Source: Podarcis bocagei
Taxonomy: Eukaryota
Direction: 5' to 3' (one strand)
DNA: 64,000 nt
Assembly: GCA_964188305.1 (NCBI GenBank)
Contig: OZ076897.1
How positions within the stretch are numbered: the first letter of the stretch is position 1; each line of letters opens with the position of its first letter. Below, piece by piece: positions 47,881 through 58,000 of the stretch. The notes below the pieces were generated by a model that had not been told where the DNA came from, did not search any database, and was given only the letters and a program-made list of their open reading frames with translations. Position numbers and translations under genes: made by a program.

Positions 47881-50800
47881 CTTCCCGGCGGATTTCCCCA
47901 TAGCTTGGAAAGGGTAGCCTGGCAGCGCCGCTGTGCGCCATAAGGGCGCTTAAGAGCGCACGCTTTTGGAAGCGGAACCTCTCGGAGGGCGCTGCTGTAA
48001 ACTCCCCGGCCTGATTGCCAAGGAGAGACCCTGGCATGGGAGGGACGAGGGAGCTTCCCGGGACGAGTATGCTCTGCCCAGGCCCCGGGAGAAACTTCGC
48101 AGGTCACCGGACTAGCCCCCGCGCCCCGCGCCATCCTGCTACGGCTGCTCCAAATAAAAGGCGCGCCGTGGCCAGGGAGCCTCCTACCGTTTCGGGAAGG
48201 AACTGGCCGGCAGGGACCTGGGAGAAAGCGAGGGGTCGGAGTGCTGGGAGTTGGGAGATTCTCTCCCCCCCCCCCAACTTCCTCGACTTAATAGAGGAGA
48301 GAAGAACCCGAAGCGACTCCGAGCTTGGCCGTTTCCCCACCAAGGTGGAAATTCAGCAGTGGAAATGAAAGCGATGCTGGGGATAGTGGGGAGGATTCTG
48401 AAAGAGGAAGGAAGGTAGAGATGCGGAGTGCGTGGCTGGCTGGGAGAAACACTGAGGACCAGTAACTTTCCTTTTTAATGAGGGCACGCCCCTACCTGCG
48501 GACAAAGGGGAGGCCAGATAAACAGCCTTTGCACCAGAGAAGAGAGACGGAAAGACCCTTTCAAGCTCAAATCGTTAAAATGCTGCGTTCCCCACCACGA
48601 CATTGGGATGTTTGTGCAACTTTAAATCAGTGCAACTCACTTCTGAGAGAACTCGTTTTTATTCAACGCAAAAGCGCCTTGCAATAAAAGGGGAATAATA
48701 AAACAGAGGTCGGGGAAACATAAATGCAAATGTCTGGGCGGAGGGGTTTTCAGAAGCCTCGGGGATGTGGATACCGGGACAAGGAGGTTCCAGATTTGCT
48801 AGCTAGGATCTGCGCCGCTATTACGGGATGCTAGAAATTTCACAGGCAAGGAGACGTTCGGTGCTACTGCCATGGGGTGGGAGGAAGGTTGCGGTAGGTC
48901 GTGCGTGGTGTTAATAAAGAGAAGAGCTATCGCCTGCCTGTGGAAAAGAGGAAGCAGCTGTATACTGACCATTTGTCCATTTAGCTCAGTATTGCCCACA
49001 CAGACAGGCAGTGGCTCTCCAGGGTTTGAGGCAGCGGTTTCTCTCAGCCCTACCTCGAAGTGTCAGGCCTTGAACCCGGGGCCTTCTGCAGGCAAGCCAG
49101 ATGCCAGGGAGGAAAGGCACGAGAAGAGAGCGAGCCTGGTGGACTTTTATGAGTCTCTAATGCAAATTCAGAGGGACAGGGTTATATGCATAGTGAAGAA
49201 GCACAGGAGTCGGCCTTATACCGGGTGAGACCACTGGTCCGCCTAGCTCACCCACTCCTACCCCCACCCCCTTTCTTCATCTTGACTGTCCTTAATGGAA
49301 TAACTATTTGTTGTTATTCACATTTTGAAAGTGCAGGTTAGCAACAGCTACTGAGCTGCTAGCAACCATTATTATTCCATTAAAAAATCTGACTGGGTAG
49401 GGAATTTAATAAGGGTTCAAGTCCAGGACTATGTGTAGCCTGAACAGACAGGTGGACAGGGAAAGGAAGGGAGGGTCATATTCTTTGCTTGGTTGGGGGG
49501 AGAACTCAGGTATGGAGGACCCCATAAAGAGAGAGGGGCAGTCCTCCTTGTGAGGGACGGGGGATTTTCCTGCCTTCAAGACGCCGAGACCAAAGAAAGT
49601 GGTGTCAAAACATCTATCTCTTTAACTGCTTCTCTATATACATAAATATCTATCTCGCTATCTATCTCGCTATATACATAAACATATATGAATATACATC
49701 AATGAAAGGTTAAGTGGTGACACGTGTCCCTCATCCTGGGTCATGGAGTGGGGAGCCGTTCATCTGAACAACTAGGTCTCTATGGTATATTTTTCATCTC
49801 ATTCGACAGATATGAGGGCAGCTTTCTTGGGCTCTTTCAGAAGACAGAGCCAACCATAGCGTGAGTTTCAGATCTAAAGGCAACTGGTTTCCCATTGATT
49901 TTCTTTTTTAAAAAATTCAAGAGGCTAAGAGATTAATCCTCACACAGAGTTCATCTAGGCCCAGGATCTATTGGTTAGAGTTGCTTGGACACAGGCAGGC
50001 GCACACGTTGTGTGTATGGCTGTGGGTATTACATATGCACAGACGTTTTTCCCTACCCTATGGGAAACATCAGCAATTACCTGCTTCAGGTGCCCTTTGA
50101 AGGCAAATCCCACCACCACCGCCAGGCCTTCCCTGATCATTCAGCTGCACCCTGTCATTTTTGTACATTTTGCCTCCTTTTTACTGCTCTTCTGATTGTT
50201 TTGCTGCATATTGGTAATTTTCCAGTTTTTTTGTCGTTGTACACCTATCAGAGGATTTTCGTGTACCATAAAGCTGTACAGAAATGGTCTTGAACAAAGA
50301 CATAAATCAGGCTGAATATTCAAAAACTCCAAATATCTCCCCCCCCCCGCTCGACTTGAGATGTTTATGCTTCAGAAGCCTGCAAGGAATATTGGAGTCA
50401 TTGAATCCAACAGCATTGCAGTGTAGGCCAGAACTCAACTTTCACGCCTCGCTTCTGCGATGCCCCCCCCCCCTGAAAAAGGAAAAGCGTTCTTCACGCC
50501 ACCGCTCCTAGGTAGGACAACATGAAGGAGGCATATGGGACGGGGAAGTTTTATTCAAGCAGCACGCTGCCTATAAAGTTCCCGTATAGAAGCAGATTTA
50601 AAAAGTGACATTTACGCACAATCGCTCCTTCGTTGGGTGGCTCTCAAGAATGGCTGGGTACGCACCCCTCTTTGTGCGTGTACGGAATGTCCCCTTTCCG
50701 GAGAAAGTCCTGGAATAAAGGACACCTTGGGGCTCCGTCTGCGCTTCTCTCTTCCACCTTCCTTTGCATCATTTCTAAGAGATGAGGGGGGGGGGGAGAG

Positions 50801-53269
50801 AAGGAGAGTGGAACAGCTGCAGCCCCAGAGCTTAGGTGAAGCTGACTAGACCCAGCCCTAGCGAAGAGCAGCTCTGTTTTCTTTCATCTCCCCTTTGATA
50901 GCGGAGCTGATCTGAACTTCCTACCTCGTTACAACTTTTCTTCCTCCTTCCCTCCCCCCGGCCCCCCCGCCCCCACCCACTTTTTATTACTCGCGCGTAG
51001 TAATTAATTCCTCCTTGGCGCGTTTCCTCTCCTGCAGTGATCTTTGGGTCACTGGTTTGTACATATGGCGAGCTGATAATGAAAAGGAGGCGACCGCGGG
51101 GTGGGGGGGGGGAGAGCGAGGTCGGGATGGGGGCCCCGCTTCCTTGTTCCTGCAGGAGACGCGCTTGGCTGGGCGCGCAACCTCCGCGCCTTCCCGCGCC
51201 CCCAGACCTATGGCTCGAGCCCCGTTGTACGTTGAAGAGGAGGGCGGGGTAGAGGGCGGGAGGGGGGAGCGATCCAAGTTTTGCAATAGCCCTGATCCTC
51301 CTCGCCTGTCAGGAGTAGCTGCTCCTTCTGACTCCTGGCCCCGTTTCATCCACGAGCTCCAAGAAAAGCCACATCAAAAGGCCATACCCGTCTTTCTTGT
51401 CTAATAAGGTTCTGTAGACGGAGATGCTTCGGATCTGTTTTCACACACAGGGAGCATATATAAGACGTGTGATTATTATATATATATATTTTTAATGTCA
51501 AGCCAGTTTCCAGCCCTCGTGTTTCTCTTTGAAAAGTTAGACGGGACGTCACAAACTTTTAAAGGCTGTCCATTCTAGCTAGGAACCACAACAAGACGTC
51601 GAGAGTTGGGTGGTTGTTGACAGAAAATCAATGATGACGCATTAAAATAAATTAATGTAAAGGCGGGGGGGGGGTTGTGTCTGACTTCTATTTTTGAATT
51701 TTCGGGTGAGCGTGATGCATCTGGCTGCAACAGGTTCGATTGGCAACCCAGCGTTCGCCCTGGAAAGCGCCGGTCCCCAAACTGGTTAAGCTGATGCAGT
51801 AAAATGATAAAGGAGAGACATTACACTCTGGGGCTCCGGACTCCAGTAAATACGTTTGGTTTACTTAGGAGTAAGTCCCTTGATTCCCGCCGAGTTTACT
51901 TTCTAAGGAAGTACGGGAAGGATCGGGGCTCCGCCCTAGAGCAACTTTACTTGCAAGTAAAAGTCGACATGACGTTTCTCACGGGTAAACGAAGTTCAAA
52001 ACCAACCTGGGACTTGGGGCTCAACGTGGCAATTCCTGTAGGCATCTGTGCTTTAAAATATACACAATCTTGTTACACCAATGGGACTACTCCAGAGTAG
52101 GTAGGGGGAAACGTATGCTTGCTGCAGATGGTTATAATTTTGCAGAATGACCCACTTCTTTCGAAACTTGGGGTCTGTCTGAGATTTTATGATAATTCAC
52201 TTTTTCCCAAGCAAGGCTTGCAAGTAAGGAGAGTCTTGTGAAAAGTCTGGAGACGTTCTGTAGATCGTAGTGGGTAGCTTGATAAATAGGTGGTAACTTT
52301 TTTTATACCCCCCCCCCTCCTCAGGGGGAAAAAATGTCCTTATTTATTTCAGTGAGTTGACGTTGTTGAATTCCTGTGGGATGCTTTCTTTGGAAACCTC
52401 CAAAGCGAACAACAGGCACGACCAACCTGTTTGCTCCTGGTTGGGACTCGGCAAAGGCCGCTGGAGCTGCTCTTATCTCCAGGCCCATCTCTCCACGATT
52501 TTGCTCGTCTCTCAACACCTTTGTCCGACCAGGAGCTTTCTGCAGCCCGGGATAAAGGCGACCGTTGCCAGCCAGCGGGAGACAACCATTAATTTCACAT
52601 TAAACTTAGCCCCATCCGCGCCGTTCACTTGATGACGCGTGAGGAGTCCCACGGCAACTGGGGGAAGAAATAAACTTGGATAAAGCAAAAACTTATTTTC
52701 AAAACTTTCGGATTCCGCCCCCCCCAATCCGTATTTTATATTATTTGCATATATCATAACCTCATCCGCAAAGTTATTTCAACATAAGCAGCTTTGGTCA
52801 ACCTTATTATGTAAAAATAAATCCTTTAAAAAATACACACACACCCTTCCTTGTCTTCGAGGCCAAGGTGGCGGAGGTGCTAAGTCTAACTTTCTTGAGA
52901 AGTTGCCCCCTTAAGTTCTCTTCCCCCCGCCCCCCCCGCGATTTCAAAAGGTCCTTTCCATTGTGTTTCTATCTAGATGGGCAGATAGCAAGGTGTCTCG
53001 CTTCCACTCCGCTCCATATATTCCACACCAGCATCTGTTACTCTTCCTAACAAAAATTTACCACTCTGCCAAAAAAAAAAAAAGTTTAAGAGGAGTGGAA
53101 GAAGAAAAAAGAAAAGAAAAGAAAACATGTAATTGATGTTATCCCAAGAAAGCTCAGTCTCCACCCCCTTTCATTTCCAAGCCCTTCAGGTACAAGGAGA
53201 AGAGCGAGAGAATGAGAGATGTTCCAAGATTTTTTTTGTTGTTGATGGTTTTTTTTTTTTTGCCTTCTT

Positions 53270-53370
53270 CAGGGTTAATACATCAGAAGGCGAGCTTCTC
53301 CCGCCTCGGCCAATCAGAACTCAGCCCTGGCAGCTATAATATAGAACTAAAGGCAGGCTCCACTCACAAG
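53270..53370 (+). promoter_or_regulatory. SHH core promoter (CCAAT box and TATA-like element)
   Basis: GGCCAATCAG with CCAAT at 53310-53314 and CAGCTATAATA with TATAAT at 53335-53340, about 460 bp upstream of the ATG; arrangement matches the vertebrate Shh distal promoter as recalled. Confidence 0.7.
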
Positions 53371-53801
53371 CGTTTGTAGCTGAGCTCCCATTAGAATCCA
53401 GACCTTTTTTTCCCTCCCCCTTCCTTCCGCCTTCATTCTTGCTTTCCTGAACGTTTTTTGGGGGGGTCTCTGCCTCCCGGTGCCACGATCCCAACTCCGA
53501 TGAGTTCCGTTATCACAAGCGACCTCCTCGAAGCTGCCATTCCAGCACCTGTCTGGCTAGGGATCGGGGGAGAGTATCCGAAGGAGCAGGCAGCGAAAAG
53601 GCGATAGCAGGCTCTGAAAGAACCGCAGATCTCCAGAGAGAGAGAGGGAGAGGGAGAGAGACAGATAGACAGACCGAAAGAGGCAGAGAGGAGACACACA
53701 CACACACACACACACCCAGCAGCCAGGCAGGGAGCCGTGTGCGCGCGTGTGTGTGCGTGCGTGCGCGCGCGTGGAAAGTGGCCGTTTCCTCCACGGACGG
53801 A

Positions 53802-54104
53802 ATGCTGCTCTTGCGGAGAATTGGTCTCCTGCTGGTCTTCGTGGGCGCTCTGCTGCTCTCCTGCGGGCTGGCTTGTGGACCGGGCAGGGGCTTCGGCAAG
53901 AGGCGGCACCCGAAGAAGCTGACCCCTTTAGCCTACAAGCAGTTCATTCCCAACGTGGCAGAGAAGACGCTGGGCGCCAGTGGAAGGTACGAAGGCAAGA
54001 TCAGCCGCAACTCGGAGCGCTTTAAAGAGCTCACCCCCAATTACAACCCTGACATTATTTTTAAGGATGAAGAGAACACGGGAGCCGACAGGCTGATGAC
54101 ACAG
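53802..54104 (+). CDS. SHH: Sonic hedgehog coding exon 1 (signal peptide plus N-terminal part of the Hh signalling domain)
   Basis: ATG at 53802; 101 codons [24 protein letters not shown]|[77 protein letters not shown]. Hydrophobic signal peptide, then the palmitoylated Cys and the KRRHPKK Cardin-Weintraub motif diagnostic of SHH; phase-0 donor CAG|GTCAGG at 54105. Confidence 0.98.
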
Positions 54105-55023
54105 GTCAGGAAAAAAACGATACACCCTTCCGCTTCTTCTCGTTCAGACGCTCGCGCTTTGTGTGTGCGTGTATGCGGGGCGGGGCGGGGAGAGGTGGGG
54201 AGGGGGGACCCCCTGAGTTTAAGCGTCCTCTCCTTCAAGGCATCCCGGCATCCTCCTCCCATCCTCCCCTTTCCTCGTCCTTAGCTCTGTTTTCTCAATG
54301 GGTCTCCATAAGTTTGCAAGAGAAAGGTGGGCGGGTGGGCGCCTCTACCTGTCTGCCTATCTGTGTGCATTTATTCCTTCTCCTGGGCTGTGACCAGGGA
54401 GGCTGGAGAGAGGGGGAGCGCGCGCGTGTGAATGGTGTGATAGTTGCAGGGATAACCACGCTATGCCCTTCCCTGGGAGTTGGTTGGTTAGCTGGTTCTG
54501 AGTGCATCCTGCCCCCTCCCCACCCCCCAAGGGACCTACTTGGATCTAACGAATAGGGTGGCGCTAATGGGGCCCCTAAGTGCATATCGACTGTGCCAAA
54601 CCCCTTCTTTCCCTTGGGCATATATTTTATTTTTATTTTTTAAATGTAGATACATACAGTTTAAATTAACCACCTTTCCCTAATTGCACCTTGCAAGCTT
54701 CTGCTAGTAAGGTCGGGATCTTTCACTTCCGAAAGGCTAGCTTGAAGTTCAGTGGCAATCATAGTAATAATAATTAATAATAATAACAGCGTGATCACCG
54801 TTATTATGCGCGTTCGACTTATCGCCGTGCTGCAAAACCATCTTTTGCAACTGTGCCAAACAGAGCGTTAATCTATCGATTTTCCTTTAAGGATGCTCAC
54901 CACCAGAGCTATATTCCTTCCCCGTCCCCGCCCCCACCGCAAGAGGGGGAGGGACAAGTAACTTAACCAGCATTGCATCACTTGTTTGAGAGAAAGGGAG
55001 AATACCCGATGTATGGTTGGTGC

Positions 55024-55088
<65 letters not shown>
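55024..55088. repeat. (ATCT)n microsatellite in SHH intron 1
   Basis: Directly visible, about 16 units. Confidence 0.95.
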
Positions 55089-58000
55089 CCATGCATATAT
55101 AGATACGTATATATACATATTCTGAACGCACCCGATTCCATAAATATTGGATATGGGCTAAAAATTGGATCCTGGAACTATTATCCATTAACCATCAACC
55201 TTTTACTAGGTGAAGAATTCTTCTGATCATCCTGAATCATAGCTAATGATTGCTCTTTGCTCAGGGGTGGTGGTGCTATTTGCCATAAACTCTAACACCC
55301 CCCCCCCCCCGCCCCCGCGCACCAGCCTCCTAGTTTCGGAGTTCTTCCAACTACCTGCAATGTCATCCAGTCCCTAGAAATGGGTTTCCTTCCAAATATA
55401 GGTCAACAGTCGTAGCCCCCCTCCTCCCCGCACCTCAGTCGCTATTAATATATTTAAGCCCCACCTTCGTTTCTATAATAAGAGCTCAGCTGGAGTCTCC
55501 ACGAGGAGGTGGGGGGGATTTCCTAAACTCTGCCCTCTCCGCTCCTCTTCCCCACCTCCTCTTCCTCCTCCCCATTCTTCTCCCGCGGCCTGATTTTCCG
55601 CACGTTTAGGAGATTTATCCGGGCCAAACGGAAGAGCGGCGGCTGCCGCCGCGATCTCCAGCCGACCACCTTAAATCTGACTGCACCTTAGGAGGGTGCT
55701 GACGCGCGCGCCGCGCCGAGGCGCGCGAGCCTCCCTTAACCAGGGACAGGCCAGCGCGCGGGGCTTGGGGAGAGTTCAGCGCCCGATCCCGCCTCCTGCA
55801 AGGCGAGAGAGAACGAAGGCGAAGCGCAAATGGAGAGGGCAAGGCCAGCGGCGAGGAAGAGGGGTGCCATTGTGGGCGACCTCCTCCTCTGCTCCAGTTC
55901 CCAGTCTCCTTCCATCATCTCCCACCCCACCCCCGCCTCCACCTCCCCATACGCGCACACTTTCCTCATCTGCCAAGATGCAAGAACTGGGGGGGTAGCT
56001 GTGCGGCGGCCAGTCCAGCCCATCTCGCATTTTCAGCTCCACTTACTCCTCTTGTATCGATCGCAACGGCTAGAATTTCAGTTTGTATCCTTTTGAAAGG
56101 CGGCCGAGGCGGCTGCTGCTGCTGCTGCTGCCGTCTTCTAGTGCTGCTGACTTGCTGTGTGGCGCGGAAGCTCCAGGAACAGACGCCCCCCCCCCCGCCT
56201 TCTCCCTCTCTCCCTCTGTGCGCGCATCCCCACAGCACGAGCCTAACATGTTATGTCTAGATCTTCTTAGGCGAAGTCAATCAGAAAAGCAATCGCAAGC
56301 AAGTTCCTTCCTTCTCAAGAGAGCATGGGACGAGCTTGGGAACAGGGCATAGATGCATATGAGCAATTGGGTGGGGGGCGCAGCAAGGAGGAGATGCCGG
56401 CCTCTGTTGCTCGGCTCTAGGTTGCTTCTCTACACACGACCCCCCCCCCCTTCCAGCCCCGCAGCCTTCTTCCCAAGCGCCTTGGGGTCTCTCTCTGAGC
56501 GCAGAGCGCAGAGCAAAGCTTCCCTTCCTTCTACTCGGCTGGCCTCCTTTGCTGCATTAGCTAGCAGCGTTTGAACTTCTGACCTTCTGTCAACTTCCCT
56601 CAGACGAAGGAAACAGAAAAACAACATCACACACACACACACGCTTCGCAGTGCCTCTGATTCCCTTGTATACAAAGGGGGCACCTGGGAATGCGAGGTG
56701 CGGAGTGTGTGCGCAATGGGAGGAAGGGCAAGGTGAGGAGAGCTGCGCCCGCCAGGCGCCTCAGCGATGCCACTCGTCCAATGGACTTGGAAGGACGCTG
56801 GGTCGGGATTTAGAGGGTGGGGTGAGACTTTTGGGGGCGTGGGCGGGTTAAAAAGAGAGCAAGAACCAAGCAGGAGAGTGGGATCCCCGTTTGGGTGGGC
56901 CGGATAAGCAGACCTCGGTGGCCAAGTCCGTCGAGGCGGAGCGCAAAGGCCGCCTCGAGGGCATCCGCGGAAGCGAATCTGCTGCGACCCCAAGTGTGGA
57001 TGCGGCGCTGCAGGTTGTGGGGAGGGAGGGGTAGAAAGCGTGGGGCGGGATGTGCCTTTGAGATGCAAAATGTCAGTATGAATTGATCCCAGTCTGGTGG
57101 GTCACCTCATCAGATCTGTTCCCCCACGCCTTGCCTCCTGCTTGGTCCCGGCGCAGCCGAGATTCAGCCAAGCATTTGCCTGCTCCTTTTCAACCTTGGG
57201 GGGAAGAAAGGGGGGGGGGAGGCGCGGGGCGGAGAGGAGAGAGAGAGAGAGATCTGACGCCCTGGACGGAATTGTTAAACTTTCAGAGCAGTTGCTTGAA
57301 TGCATTAGCCGCTGGTTAATATTAACTCCGGGAGTGGGGAGGGGGAGAAGAGCGCAAACAGAGAGAGCTCGGAGCTGGCGGGTGATTCCTAAGTTTACAG
57401 GTGACAGAAGCTCTTGGTTGAAGGGTTCTCCCCACCCCGCCTCCCACACCCAGCCCTACACACACACACGCGGCCAGCCATTGGCTGGATCTGCAGGCAA
57501 GATAAGGGTGCCAGCTCTTTTATGATAAAGTTGGAATTCGTCTGAAATAATAATAATAAACCCCAGGGGAGCCGTTAAGGAACCGCCGCCCCCTTCATAG
57601 CTCCCGGGAACTCTGAGCTCCCGGGAGCCAAAGAGAGGCACGCAGACCTAGTCTGGAAGGTCGTTCTCGCAGCCCGATCCTATGAATATTTACTTGGAAG
57701 TCAGTGCCACCGAGTTCAAGGGGACGGGGACTGCTGTTTACCGGGAGCACGGTAAATCCTACTGAGCTCAGTGGGGTTTACTTCTGAGCAGCGATATATA
57801 GGATTGCAGCTTTACTCCCAAGGGTTGCAGATTTTCGCAGCCCGGGACTTTGTCTGTTTACTCGAGAGTAAATCTCACACAGAGTGGGGCGAGGACGGCT
57901 CCCCGCAGCCTCGCTATGAAGGTATTGACTGGTGCATAGGAGCGCGATCCTATGCCTACCTGCCTACTCAGAAGCCACCGCCAGCGGGGCTTACTCTCGG

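Noticed and set aside
47055-48400. GC-rich ORFs upstream of SHH as a separate gene
   Set aside because: Low-complexity Arg/Ala/Pro-rich translations typical of CpG islands, with no recognisable domain or exon structure.
1-53000. ZRS limb enhancer or CRISPR-like arrays
   Set aside because: The ZRS lies far away inside LMBR1 and is not recognisable here; all repeats seen are eukaryotic TEs or microsatellites without repeat-spacer organisation.
53739-54284. 181-aa ORF extending exon 1 at both ends
   Set aside because: It starts at a GTG inside a dinucleotide repeat and runs past the donor at 54105; the real start is ATG 53802.
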